Source: Planctomycetota bacterium (GTDB lineage Bacteria; Planctomycetota; UBA1135; UBA2386). Taken from it: a stretch of 64,000 nt of DNA. The stretch lies in contig JBKAGP010000001.1 of the NCBI GenBank assembly GCA_046290465.1, positions 160,001 to 224,000 on the forward strand. The letters run 5' to 3'. Each line of letters starts with the position of its first letter. The stretch's first letter is position 1. Both the position numbers and the translations under genes were made by a program. The notes under the pieces are model-generated. The model did no database searches. It was not told the origin of the DNA and was given only the letters and a program-made list of their open reading frames with translations. Positions 30,778-41,204 of this stretch are shown here, in pieces.

Positions 30778-32094
30778 ATGCTGCGCCCGCTGCTGTCCGC
30801 GCTCTGCCTCTGCTGGGGGCTCGCCGCCCAGGCCAAGGATCCGCCGAAGGTCGTCTCGATGACGCCGGCCAACGGCGCAACGATCCCGGCGACGACCAGC
30901 GAACTGGTCGTGACGTTCGATCGCGACATGTTTCGCGGCGGCCACTCGATCTGCGGCGGCGGCAAGAGCCTGCCGAAGGTCCGCGGCCGGCCCCGGTGGA
31001 AGGGCGACCGCACGCTGGTGATCCCGGTGCAGCTGCAGCCCGACCAGGAATACGAGCTGAGCCTGAATTGCTCGTCGGCACGCAAGATCCAGGCGAAGGA
31101 TGGTGTTCGGTTGCCGCCGACGCGGTGGACGTTCACGACGTTTCCCAAGCCACTGCGCCCCTTCGCCGAACAACAGCAGCGCAACCGAGAGGCCCTGGCC
31201 CGGCTCGAGGTGCTGCTCACGAACAGCTACGCTTACCGCGACCGCGTCGTCGCGGACTGGCCGGCACTGCTCGAACGCCACCGCGGCAAGTTGCGGGACG
31301 CACGCACCGACCGAGCCTTTGCAGTCGCGACCAGCGAACTGCTGCAGGCGACCCAGGACCAGCACATCGTGGTTGGCTATCGCGACAGCAGCTACGCGCC
31401 ATTCACGCCGTTGGTCGAACCGCTCTACCGGACCTTTGCGGTGCGGCGTCTGTTCCAGCTCGAGCGGGTCACGCCGCGTGCGTTCCGCGGCCGCACCGAC
31501 GATGGCATCGCCTACCTGCTGATCACCGGCTGGCAGGAGGCCGTCGACGTCGAACGGCTGCTCGGCGCGATCGCCGAGATGATGGACGCCAAGGCGCTCG
31601 TGATCGACGTGCGCCCGAACGTCGGCGGCGACGAGCGCATCGCACGTCGCGTCGCCAGCTGGTTCGTGCAGGGCGAGAAGGTCTACGCCCGGCATCGCAG
31701 CATCGGCGCGGACGGCCTCGGTCCGGTCGTCGATCGCAAGGTCCGTGGCAACGACGTGGTCTACGATCGACCGGTAGCCGTGCTCGCGGGGCCGCGCGTG
31801 ATGAGCAGCTGCGAGGCCTTCGTGATGATGATGAAGCAGGCCGCGGGCGTGCAGGTCGTCGGCCAGAAGACCCGGGGCAGCAGCGGCAACCCGGTCGTGC
31901 ACGAGCTCGGCAACGCCGTCTCGGTGCAGCTTCCGAGCTGGCAGGCGCTGCGCCCCGACGGCACCTGTTTCGAAGGCGAGGGCATCGAGCCCGACGTGTT
32001 CGTCGAGTGCACCAGCCGAGACTTCGAGACCTACGACCCGACGCTCGAAAAGGCGCTGGCGCTGCTCCGCGAGCGTATCAAGAACGGCAAGTAG
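30778..32094 (+). CDS. S41 family peptidase with N-terminal Ig-like domain
   Basis: LVIDVRPNVGG, MSSCEAF, VVGQKTRGSSG, EGEGIEPD. Confidence 0.85.
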   Translation: MLRPLLSALCLCWGLAAQAKDPPKVVSMTPANGATIPATTSELVVTFDRDMFRGGHSICGGGKSLPKVRGRPRWKGDRTLVIPVQLQPDQEYELSLNCSSARKIQAKDGVRLPPTRWTFTTFPKPLRPFAEQQQRNREALARLEVLLTNSYAYRDRVVADWPALLERHRGKLRDARTDRAFAVATSELLQATQDQHIVVGYRDSSYAPFTPLVEPLYRTFAVRRLFQLERVTPRAFRGRTDDGIAYLLITGWQEAVDVERLLGAIAEMMDAKALVIDVRPNVGGDERIARRVASWFVQGEKVYARHRSIGADGLGPVVDRKVRGNDVVYDRPVAVLAGPRVMSSCEAFVMMMKQAAGVQVVGQKTRGSSGNPVVHELGNAVSVQLPSWQALRPDGTCFEGEGIEPDVFVECTSRDFETYDPTLEKALALLRERIKNGK

Positions 32095-32115
32095 GGCCCG
32101 CCCGCAGCCAGCGGG

Positions 32116-33399
32116 CTACCGCGCGTGCAGCGCGAGGTGGATCTGCCTGGCCCACGCCTTCGGCGCCGGCCATCGGCGCACCGTGCGGCGTTTGAGGTCG
32201 CACAGGTGCAGCGTGCCGTCGGCGAGCACTAGCAGCCGCTGGCCGTCGGGCATGCGACAGGCGCCGGCGAAGCTGCGCAGCTGCACGCCGCGATCGCGCA
32301 AGAACACGCGCGCGAGGTTGTCGTCGTCGGGCTGCAGGCCCTCGGCCCGGAACGCCTCGCGCAGGTAGCCCGGTACGCCGGCCGCCGCCAGCGGGTCGGG
32401 CGTGTCGAGGTCGCGCTCGGCGTAGTCGGTGCGCAGCAGTTCTTTGCCGGTCGCGACGTCGATCGTGACCCACTGCGCGTCGCGCTCCAGCACGAAGTCC
32501 TCGAGGTCGGCGTGCGCACCTTCCGCCGGGCGCCGTTCGACGTAGCGGAACATGCCGCCGACCAGCTCGGTCGGCATCGCCGTCGGGATCACCCCGATCC
32601 CCGAGCCACCGCGCGCCTGCATGCGCACGCGCACCGAGCTCTCGGCGCCGGTCTCGAGGTCGCAGATGCGCACCTCCTGGTGCACGATGCCGAGCTCGCC
32701 GAACGGCAGCGCGACCAACCTGCGGCCCTGCTCGTCGAAGAACGCGCCGTGGCGCACCACGTAGCGGCCACCGCTCCAGAGCGTGCGGCGCCGGTCGGAC
32801 CGCGGCTGCGCCAGCACCTTGTCGAAGCGCTGCGTCACCTCGCCGCGCGCCGCATCGAACCGCGCCAGCTTGCCGTCGCGGACGACCAGCCACTCGTCGC
32901 CGTGCCGCGCCAGCACCTCGATCCGCTCTGCCAGCGGCTCGACCTCGCCGCTGGCCGCATCGATCACGACCTGGCCCTCGCTGGTCTCGACGATGGTCCG
33001 GCCCCGCGCCGTTCCGAGCGAACGCGCCCGCGCCGTGCGCAGCAGGTCGGTGGTGGTGAACGTCGCCGCATCGAAGCGCAGGATCCGCACCTCGTAGTAC
33101 CGCACGTCCGCCCGCCCCGGCCGCACCTGCCAGCGCAGCAACCCGACCGAACCGTCGAGCGGCGTCGGCGCCCACGAACTGTCGCCGAGCACCAGCCGTC
33201 GCTGCGCCGGCTCGCCGACGGGCACGTCCCAGATGCTGGCCTCGCGTCGGCCGTCCTTGGTCTGGGTCAGCGTGATCGCGACGAAGCGGGGGGCGGAGTC
33301 GGTTGGTTGTGGGGTGGGGGTGGCGCTCTGGTCCTGGCCGCGGGTGGTGCCGGCGAGGGCGAGCAGGGCCAAAAGGTGGAGCGCCGTCGGGGGTGGCAT
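32116..33399 (-). CDS. Hypothetical exported protein (beta-rich)
   Basis: Signal peptide (LLALLALAGTTRG|Q) and coding-like GC3; no family recognised. Confidence 0.65.
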   Translation of the reverse strand: MPPPTALHLLALLALAGTTRGQDQSATPTPQPTDSAPRFVAITLTQTKDGRREASIWDVPVGEPAQRRLVLGDSSWAPTPLDGSVGLLRWQVRPGRADVRYYEVRILRFDAATFTTTDLLRTARARSLGTARGRTIVETSEGQVVIDAASGEVEPLAERIEVLARHGDEWLVVRDGKLARFDAARGEVTQRFDKVLAQPRSDRRRTLWSGGRYVVRHGAFFDEQGRRLVALPFGELGIVHQEVRICDLETGAESSVRVRMQARGGSGIGVIPTAMPTELVGGMFRYVERRPAEGAHADLEDFVLERDAQWVTIDVATGKELLRTDYAERDLDTPDPLAAAGVPGYLREAFRAEGLQPDDDNLARVFLRDRGVQLRSFAGACRMPDGQRLLVLADGTLHLCDLKRRTVRRWPAPKAWARQIHLALHAR

Positions 33400-33469
33400 G
33401 TTGGTGCAGTAGAGACGCGGACGACCGAGGCTGTGTAAGCGATCTGTCGACGCCCGAGGCTGCGCAGCT

Positions 33470-36400
33470 TCAACCAGCGGCCGCGCGAGCGATCCGCAGC
33501 AAGGACTCGGGCATCGCGTGGTCGAGCCGCCAGGTGATCTGGATCGGTCGTTCGCCTTGATCGCGTTCTCGCCTGGCCGTGCCGAGGAACACGAATCCTT
33601 CGGCGCGGCCACGGTCGTCCTTGGGCCGGTTACGGACGAACAACAGCACGTGGGACGAACCCTCGAGATAGCGGCGGCCCGTGGGCGAACGGCGGGTGGT
33701 GCCGCTCTGGCTCTCCCAGTGGAACAGGTCTCGCGAGATCGCAAAGTCGCGGTAGCGCGTCGTCGGCGAATAGCCGCTGCCCGTCTTGTCGAGCGTGACG
33801 AACAGCAGGTCGGCGTTGCGGTCCTCGACGAACTTGACGCCTTCGCGCGCCGCCAGCTTCTGGCCAGGCTGCCGCGCACCGAGCGCGACCAGCACCTCGC
33901 CGCGGGTGTAGGTCGCATGCAGGTGCAGCGGCACGTCCGCCCATGGCGAACAGGGCCGGGTGGCGACGTCGGCGCGCTGCTCGAGCACGTCTGCAAGTTC
34001 GAGCAGCTCCGCCTGCATGGCTGGCTCGGCCCGCATCGCTGCCAGCAGACCCGGCCGGTCAGGCGGCGCCTTGCCGTCGTCGAACAGGATGAACGCCAGC
34101 ATGCGTTCGACACACCGGCTGCGATCCGTGTCCAGGTCTGGCCTCGCACGCGCCAGCGCTCCGAGCGCCGCGATCCGCTCGGGATCGTCGAGACCGAGCA
34201 GGCGCAGGTGGATCGCGCGCTGCAGCTCCGGCTCGCGGGGCCCTGGCGGGTCGCACGGCAGCTCGGCAGCCCGGCGGAGAGCGGACCAGCCGCGATGGCT
34301 GCGGTAGATGTCTTCTGGTTCGCGCAGGGTTTCGGCGCAGAACCGCGCCAGCGTGATGCGCCCGTGCACACGTTCGAGGTCGGCAAGCTCGCGCGCGAGG
34401 TTGGCGGTCGCCGCGCTGGTCGCCGCCTTGAGGTTCTCGAGCACGTGTGCTTCGACCTGGCGGTCGAGCTGCAGATGGCATCCGGACGGCAGGCGCGGAA
34501 AGCGGTCCTGCAGTTCGCGGGCGATGCCGCTGCGGCTGAGTCCGGTCAGTGCGCGCAGTCGCTGGTCGAAGCGAAACCGCGTGTGCTGTCGGCCGATGAA
34601 GTCGAGGACCGTGCAGACCGACTTGCTGCGGTGCAGGCGAAGGCCGCGACCGAGCTGCTGCAGGAACACGATGTGGCTCTCGGTGGGGCGGAGCAGGAGG
34701 ATCGTGTCGACCTCGGGCACGTCGACGCCTTCGCTGAGCACATCAACGGCGAACACGACGTTGGTGGTGCCGTCGCGCAGCTGTTGCAGGGTGCGTTCCC
34801 GTTGGTCGTGCGGAGTCTCACCGACGATGACGCTTGCCGGGATGCCCGCCGCCTCGAATCTCGCGGCCATGTAGCGCGCGTGGGCGACCGACACGCAGAA
34901 CCCGAACGCGCGCATGTGCCGCGGTTCTGCGACGTGATGCCTCAGGGCCTCGAGCACCTTGGCCGTGCGCGCGTCGTTGCCGTCGCGGATCACGTACTGC
35001 GCCTCGAGGTCGGCGATCCGATAGCCGCCGCGCTGCCATTGCAGCTGCGAAAGGTCGGAGCCGTCGGCGACCCCGAAGTAGTGGAACGGGGCCAGCAGCT
35101 GCTGGTCGAGCGCGTCCCACAGCCGCATCTCGAACGCGTAGCGACCCCCGAAGTAGCGATCGCGAACATCGTGGCCGTCGGTGCGCTCTGGCGTCGCGGT
35201 CAGGCCGACGAGCAGCTTGGGCTGCAGCCGATCGAGCATGCGGCGGTAGGTCGGCGCTTCCGCGTGGTGGAACTCGTCGACGTAGACGATGTCGAACTGG
35301 CGTTCGGGCAGCGCGTCGGCGTCCATCCGGCTGAGCGATTGCACCGAGGCGAACACATGCCGCCACTCGGTCGGCACGATGCCGTCGACGAAGGTCTCGC
35401 CGAAGTCGCCCCGACGCAACACGTCCCGAAACGTGCGTCGCGACTGGTCGAGGATCTCCTTGCGGTGCGCGATGAACAGCAGGCTCGGATTGGTGCCGAC
35501 GTCGAGGCCGCCGGATCCTTCACGCAGCGCCTGGTAGTCCAGCGCCGCGACGACGGTCTTGCCAGTGCCTGTCGGGGCCACGACCAGGCTGTTCTTCCGG
35601 GCGTGCCGTTGCCGGTCGACCACCAGCGCCTCGAGCATCTGTCGCTGGTAGTGCCACGGCCGCACCTCGATCCCCGACAGCGGACTCGATTGGTCCGCGC
35701 CGCCGATGGCGCGGGTCGCTCGATCGAACCGCTCGGCATCGCGGTCCGGGTCGTAGCGTTCGAAGCTGTCGTCGTTCCAGAGCGATTCGAAGGTCGCCTC
35801 CAGCTTGGCGAACACCTCGGGTGCGGCCTTGCGGGCGAGCCTGACGTTCCATTCGATGCCGTCCACGAGGGCCGCGTGGCTGAGGTTGGACGAACCGACG
35901 AATGCGGTCGAGTAGCCGCTGTCGCGATGCACCAGCCACGACTTGGCGTGTAGCCGGGTGGTGCGGGTCTCGTAGCTGACCTTGACCTCGACGCCATGGG
36001 CGACCAGCCAGTCGAGTGCGCGCCGTTCGGTCGAGCCCGTGAAGGTCGTCGTCAGGATGCGCACCGGCCGTCGCTGCGCCGTCGCGTCTTCGAGGACGTC
36101 GAACAGGTAGCGCAGGCCGGTCCAGCGGATGAATGCGATGACGGCATCGACCCGGTCGGCGGTCTCCAGCTCCGTGGCCAGCGCATGCGCCAGGGACGGT
36201 TCGCCCGGGGCGTTGGTCAGCAGATCGTGGTCGACGAGCGGCACGTCGGGCAGGCTCGGTCGACGCTGGTGCGGCAGCAGCTCGGGCGTCAGCATGCGCA
36301 GCACGCGCGGCGGCGTGCAGAGGTGCTCGCGGTCGACCTCGACGCCCCGTTCGCGCAGCCAGTCGAGCAGGTCGTTGGCGAACTGGACCTGGGCGTTGGC

Positions 36401-36595
36401 GCGGTCCTTCGCGGGGAGCGACGCGAGTGCGGTCCGCAGGATTGCGCGGACGTGCTCGGCGAAGCGTTCTGGCGCCTCCTCGGGGTGGACCGGGGGGAGC
36501 AGGCAGCGTGCCTCGATGCCAACGAGGTGCGCCTGAAGGCGTTCGGTCAGGGGTGCCTCGTAGGCGCCGGTCGGCAGTTCTCCCTCACGCGACAT
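33470..36595 (-). CDS. PLD-nuclease / SF2 helicase / DUF3427 protein (SauUSI-like putative restriction enzyme)
   Basis: RLHAK...VGSSNLS PLD motif, PTGTGKT Walker A, DEFHH, TATPER, QQLGRGLR, C-terminal FHWESQS. Confidence 0.88.
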   Translation of the reverse strand: MSREGELPTGAYEAPLTERLQAHLVGIEARCLLPPVHPEEAPERFAEHVRAILRTALASLPAKDRANAQVQFANDLLDWLRERGVEVDREHLCTPPRVLRMLTPELLPHQRRPSLPDVPLVDHDLLTNAPGEPSLAHALATELETADRVDAVIAFIRWTGLRYLFDVLEDATAQRRPVRILTTTFTGSTERRALDWLVAHGVEVKVSYETRTTRLHAKSWLVHRDSGYSTAFVGSSNLSHAALVDGIEWNVRLARKAAPEVFAKLEATFESLWNDDSFERYDPDRDAERFDRATRAIGGADQSSPLSGIEVRPWHYQRQMLEALVVDRQRHARKNSLVVAPTGTGKTVVAALDYQALREGSGGLDVGTNPSLLFIAHRKEILDQSRRTFRDVLRRGDFGETFVDGIVPTEWRHVFASVQSLSRMDADALPERQFDIVYVDEFHHAEAPTYRRMLDRLQPKLLVGLTATPERTDGHDVRDRYFGGRYAFEMRLWDALDQQLLAPFHYFGVADGSDLSQLQWQRGGYRIADLEAQYVIRDGNDARTAKVLEALRHHVAEPRHMRAFGFCVSVAHARYMAARFEAAGIPASVIVGETPHDQRERTLQQLRDGTTNVVFAVDVLSEGVDVPEVDTILLLRPTESHIVFLQQLGRGLRLHRSKSVCTVLDFIGRQHTRFRFDQRLRALTGLSRSGIARELQDRFPRLPSGCHLQLDRQVEAHVLENLKAATSAATANLARELADLERVHGRITLARFCAETLREPEDIYRSHRGWSALRRAAELPCDPPGPREPELQRAIHLRLLGLDDPERIAALGALARARPDLDTDRSRCVERMLAFILFDDGKAPPDRPGLLAAMRAEPAMQAELLELADVLEQRADVATRPCSPWADVPLHLHATYTRGEVLVALGARQPGQKLAAREGVKFVEDRNADLLFVTLDKTGSGYSPTTRYRDFAISRDLFHWESQSGTTRRSPTGRRYLEGSSHVLLFVRNRPKDDRGRAEGFVFLGTARRERDQGERPIQITWRLDHAMPESLLRIARAAAG

Positions 36596-36847
36596 GGCGC
36601 AGAGTGTGCCAGGTGGGCGCGCAGCGCGGTAGGTCGGGCTTGCTTGCCGGGCCCGTCCGCGCGCCGCGCAATCCCACGACATTTCTTGCAGCGCCGCAGC
36701 CAGCCACAAGAACACCCACGACGAGTCCTACCGCAATGCGCATGGGCGCAACGGTGGAGCCCCCTCGAGCCGCATCCCTGCGGTACCTTGTCGCGTTCCG
36801 GAGCGTCATGGCGCCCGGTCGCGACCCACGAATCCGAACCCCTCCAC

Positions 36848-38371
36848 ATGAACACCCTCCTCAAGCTCGCCACCATCTCGGGCCTCTGCGCCGCCGCGCA
36901 GGCCCAGGCCTTCAACTGGACCCTCGAGTCGCCGACCAACCTGCCGACCGCGCGCGAGCGCACGGCGACCGGCACCGACGGCACCAACTACTACATGTAC
37001 GGCGGCCAGAACGGCTCGACCGTCGCCGGCTACGACGAACTGTGGTCGTACGACGGCACCGACTGGACGCTGCTGACCGCTTCGGGCATCAGCGCCCCGA
37101 GCACCCGTCGCGGCGCCGTCGGCGCGTTCGACATCGCGCGCGGCAAGTTCGTCGTGTTCGGCGGCCTCGACACCAACGGCGTCGCCGGTGAGCGCGCCAG
37201 CGACACCTGGGAGTGGGACGCGACCAACGGCTGGGTCAACGTCACGCCCGCCTCGCCGTCGCCGGACGGCCGCTGGCTGGTCAACAACGGCGTCTACGTG
37301 CCGGGCATCGGCGTGGTCTTCCACGGCGGCAACGCGGTCGACGGCACCGGCACCGCCTACCGCAGCAACGAGACCTGGGCCTGGGTCGGTGGCGCCTGGG
37401 CGCTGCTGTCGAGCGGTGGCCCGGCGGTCCAGAACGCGATGATGGAATACCGCACGCTGCAGGGCGACCTGATCCTGCACGGCGGCCAGACCACCAACCC
37501 GACCACCGGCGCGACCGAGTTCAACGGCGAGACCTGGCGCTACGACTTCGGCACCGGCGCGTGGACGCAGCTGACGACCGGCGGCACCACGCCGTTCAAC
37601 AGCGCCAACACGTCGCAGGGCCTGTTTGCGGCGATGTCGTACTACAACCCGATGACCGGCATGGTCATCGTGCACGGTGGCAACGGCGGCAGCAGCAGCA
37701 CCAGCACCTGGCAGTTCGACGGCAGCGACTGGACCGACATCTCGACCAACGGCGTCGGCTGCCGCAACGGTGGCATGCACTGGATCAGCGCGCTCGGCAA
37801 GGGCGTCTACGGCCCGTGCAACGAGCAGAACGGCGCACGCAACCGCACCCGTTCGCACGGTCCGCAGACGCAGGCCGCGGTCAGCTCGTACGGCGCCGGC
37901 TGCGCCGGCATCGCCGGCACCGCGCTGACGCTCGCCAACGACAACGACCCGTGGATCGGCGTCACGTTCAGCGCGACCTGCACCAACATGAGCGCCGCCG
38001 CGCCGATCAAGCTGTCGATCTGGGGCTTCGGCACCAGCTCGACCCCGATCACCGGCCTGCTCGGCGCCGGCGCCGGCTGCACGCTGCTCAACTCGGCCGA
38101 CATCATCCTGGCCGACGTCGCCGCCTCGACCAGCTTCACCACGTCGCTGACGTTCCCGGCGGACCCGGCCTTCACCGGCCAGGCGGTCAACCTGCAGGTG
38201 GGTGAGGTCGACCTCGGCCCGACCAACCTCGCGACGTCGAACGGCCTGACGCTGACGATCGGCGGCTGGGTCGTGTGGGGCGTCCCGGCGTTTGGTGCGT
38301 CGGGGCGCTTCTGCTGCGTAGGGCTGCGTTGGCGGGTCTGCGCGCGGATCAGCTTGAAGCTGATCTTGTAG
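36848..38371 (+). CDS. Secreted Kelch-like protein with shared C-terminal module; probable ancestral end at 38266-38269 with a 34-aa read-through extension
   Basis: Signal peptide; HGG/FGG...ETW repeats; TIGG followed by TGG where the paralogues have a stop. Confidence 0.8.
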   Translation: MNTLLKLATISGLCAAAQAQAFNWTLESPTNLPTARERTATGTDGTNYYMYGGQNGSTVAGYDELWSYDGTDWTLLTASGISAPSTRRGAVGAFDIARGKFVVFGGLDTNGVAGERASDTWEWDATNGWVNVTPASPSPDGRWLVNNGVYVPGIGVVFHGGNAVDGTGTAYRSNETWAWVGGAWALLSSGGPAVQNAMMEYRTLQGDLILHGGQTTNPTTGATEFNGETWRYDFGTGAWTQLTTGGTTPFNSANTSQGLFAAMSYYNPMTGMVIVHGGNGGSSSTSTWQFDGSDWTDISTNGVGCRNGGMHWISALGKGVYGPCNEQNGARNRTRSHGPQTQAAVSSYGAGCAGIAGTALTLANDNDPWIGVTFSATCTNMSAAAPIKLSIWGFGTSSTPITGLLGAGAGCTLLNSADIILADVAASTSFTTSLTFPADPAFTGQAVNLQVGEVDLGPTNLATSNGLTLTIGGWVVWGVPAFGASGRFCCVGLRWRVCARISLKLIL

Positions 38372-38679
38372 CGATAGAAGGAGACTGTCGGCGTCATCGC
38401 GAGCGCTCGCCGGATCCGCGGATCGTCGTCGTGCGCGACGATGATGCCTTCGACCGTCTGAGTAGGCTGGGCGAGTTCGTCCTGCACGAACCCCATGTAG
38501 CGCAGCACCTGGCCGACAACGGCGTCGCTGGCGCGGGCCTTCTTGAGCTCGACGACGAGCAGGCGCTGCTTGTCCTTGCTGATCGCGAGGATGTCGAGCG
38601 GGCCGGTGTCGGTCGGATAGTGCCGACTCTTCTCGCCGTCTTCCTCGAAGATGTCGAAGTCTTTGCCGAGTTCGGTCTG
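38340..38679 (-). pseudogene. 5'-truncated NucS/DUF91-type PD-(D/E)xK restriction endonuclease fragment
   Basis: QTELGKDFDIFEEDGE..YPTDTGPLDILAISKDK.RLLVVELKKARASDAVVGQVLRYMG...FYRYKISFKL; no start and no stop at the expected end. Confidence 0.7.
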
Positions 38680-39093
38680 CCTCGGCGAACGGTCAAGACC
38701 GGCCAGTGAGGTACGGTTGCGATCCGGCCAGTGCAGGACTCTCTTGAGGGCCGCCTGCCCTGCACTAGCCCACCCTTGGGCGGTCAGTCGGGAGGAACGA
38801 CTGGCCGGATTCTTGGCGACAACGACTGGCCGAACTCCAAGCGTTCGCCGAGAGTCGGAGGTTCTGTGGTCGGTCCGTGACGGGGCGTCGGCGGGAGCAT
38901 GCTGTGCGAAGCCGCGAATTCATGAGTCGTAAGCTGACGTTTTGATCCGTCGCTTGCGTGACTTGAGTTGTCCGTAGCATCTCAGCGTTCGATGCTGCCA
39001 ACATGGGAGGCCTGAAGTTCGAGGCGCGATCGCAAAGAGCAGGTGCTCAAGTTCATGGATGGGGACGCGTTCGCCGTGCTGCATGGTGGAGCC

Positions 39094-40953
39094 CTACGCC
39101 GATCCGAGCACGACGAGTTCAGCTGCCAAGTCGCGGCAGCTGGATTCGGTTGCAAGCAGAAGTGTGTTCAACTGGCGCATGTGGTCGGCGTCGTTGGTCT
39201 GCGTGCCGGCGGCGACAGCCTTGGTTGCCGTCATGTGTGCTGACTCGGTGACTCGAGGCTGAACGATGACGACCCGTCGGGCGTAGTTCGCATCAAGCGA
39301 CTCGAAGGCCTTGATGGCGTCTGCTCTGCTGTTCTTCTTCCTCCCATCTTTCCAGGTAGCTCTGGCGATGGCCTTGCCCTGCTTCGATTTGAGACGGCTG
39401 GCGAGTCCCTTCTGGTCAAGTAGGCGGAGGTTCTTCACAGCTTGCCCGCACACGACTTCGTATTCGGAGACCGACACTCGGCGACTGGAGCTGTCGCTAT
39501 TCGACGCCTTGACGTGGATGAGGGTCACGCGTGGCTGATCCAGGCCGACAGGCTTGAGGTCGAGGTGTACGAAGTCGGCAATCTCGTCCGCCCCATCATC
39601 GCATAGCAGCCAGCCTTTGGACGAAGCCAGTTTTGGGTGCCCGAACCAGTTGTTGACAATCCAGCAGAACAGCGAGTTTCGCTGGCCGATGAGGTCTGGC
39701 GTGAACACCGGCTTGCTGCCTTTGCCGGGTTTGGAGGGCTTCTCCTGTTTGCAGTCTGAAGGGCTGAAGTCGATCCAGGCCCAATTGTGGAAGGGGAGGT
39801 CGCGGTACTTCATCGCGAAGAGCGCGCCATCACTCAGTGTGACTCCTGACGCGTAGCGGACCCTCAGCCAGCGCTCATTCTGGCAGCTAGCGACAACTTG
39901 GTCGAACATGGCCTTGTCGCAGTTCTTTCCTGGCGAGCCGGTGACTCTTAGTTCGATGCCTCGTGGCCTTTGGGCTACATCAATGTCCACGGTGCCAAGG
40001 CGCGTCCCGTTGACCAGGACTTTGGCCTGCACGTTAGCGCCGGATGTAGGTGTTACGTCAAATTCCGTGTTGTAAGCTAGCCACTCGGCATCCAATAGCG
40101 CATTGGCGTCTCCCGCGCTGCCTGCTGACAGCAGCTCGGGGGGCACCAAAGACACGTCGAAAGCGTTCTTCGCGCGCTTTAGGTCGGAGACTGGAGTTGC
40201 GAGATACCCAAACCCCGAGCCACCAGGTTTCGGAGCTTTCTCAGCAGCATCTAAGGCAGCGAGAATCTTCCGAATGACTGCGCAGAACTCAGTCCAACTC
40301 TTGGACTTGCTAACCCAGATTCGCGAGCGGCGCTGGGAGAGACCTGTAGCTTTGTTGTCGAGTGCGCTGGCGTTCACTCGCGCAGCGGTCGCGTGGTATG
40401 ACTGGTCGTCGATGGGATTCAGCGTGTGATGAAGGTCCGTCCCGGTGAGGACCTTGCCATCCGCCTTCACGTCGGTCCTGCGGTGCACGCCAGATAGCCA
40501 CAGAGTGCGGGCAGGACCGTCAAGCAAGGCGTCTTCAAGTACTTCGCGACGGACTCGCCGAACTCGGTCCGTTAGTGCTGAGTTGCTACGTCCGCTAAGG
40601 AGGCGTTCGATCAACGCTTGTGCAGCATGTTCCGACGCGAAGATCGCGACATGGGAGTGGCAGCAGTAGGCCAAGGCAAGATGCTGCGTGACGTCCTTGA
40701 TCGATGCGTGTGCACCTGGAGCAAGCCAGGAGGGGCTCTGCTGATCGGTGTAGTGTAGGAATGCGCTGTTCTTGGGGGTCGAATTGGGTTTCGAGATCGA
40801 GGCTGCCTCTTGGCGATGGTCGCTGCCAACAACAAGTTCCTGCCGGATCTCATCAACTAGGCTCTCGGCTAGACCCGCGATCTTGCCAACGGCCCGACCG
40901 ACGAAGATCGAGATGTAGGGTGTAAGTTCGGAGACTTGCAGAACCTTGGCCAT
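39094..40953 (-). CDS. Hypothetical 619-aa protein with C-terminal PD-(D/E)xK-like nuclease motifs; lower GC
   Basis: Long ORF, GGGGAGA upstream; CDDGADEIADF...LIHVKAS...CGQAVKN; visibly more A/T-ending codons than the backbone. Confidence 0.7.
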   Translation of the reverse strand: MAKVLQVSELTPYISIFVGRAVGKIAGLAESLVDEIRQELVVGSDHRQEAASISKPNSTPKNSAFLHYTDQQSPSWLAPGAHASIKDVTQHLALAYCCHSHVAIFASEHAAQALIERLLSGRSNSALTDRVRRVRREVLEDALLDGPARTLWLSGVHRRTDVKADGKVLTGTDLHHTLNPIDDQSYHATAARVNASALDNKATGLSQRRSRIWVSKSKSWTEFCAVIRKILAALDAAEKAPKPGGSGFGYLATPVSDLKRAKNAFDVSLVPPELLSAGSAGDANALLDAEWLAYNTEFDVTPTSGANVQAKVLVNGTRLGTVDIDVAQRPRGIELRVTGSPGKNCDKAMFDQVVASCQNERWLRVRYASGVTLSDGALFAMKYRDLPFHNWAWIDFSPSDCKQEKPSKPGKGSKPVFTPDLIGQRNSLFCWIVNNWFGHPKLASSKGWLLCDDGADEIADFVHLDLKPVGLDQPRVTLIHVKASNSDSSSRRVSVSEYEVVCGQAVKNLRLLDQKGLASRLKSKQGKAIARATWKDGRKKNSRADAIKAFESLDANYARRVVIVQPRVTESAHMTATKAVAAGTQTNDADHMRQLNTLLLATESSCRDLAAELVVLGSA

Positions 40954-41030
40954 GACTCTTCTCCCCTGCGATGACTCTGTTCTGCCTACGAAGCAGATTG
41001 GTACCTAAGCGGTGTGCTCAGGTCGCGTTC

Positions 41031-41050
41031 AGTTGGTCGGGCCGAGAGGA
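41031..41050. repeat. att-like direct repeat duplicating the tRNA-Pro 3' end
   Basis: AGTTGGTCGGGCCGAGAGGA is identical to 43903-43922, with weaker similarity for about 10 more nt. Confidence 0.9.
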
Positions 41051-41204
41051 ATCAGACCTCTGGCCGGCCTGGCAAAGATGGGCAATCGACCGCAAGGTGA
41101 CTCCCGAATCGGATTGCCAACGATGATGATAGCGAAGACGGTGCTGAAACACTAGATCACAGTCCGAATGGAGAGAGTCGGGTCACGGCGGTCGGTGATC
41201 GAGG

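Noticed and set aside
37807..38508. 233-aa minus-strand ORF as a real gene
   Set aside because: Only the first ~55 aa are the NucS-like remnant; the rest is antisense to the Kelch gene
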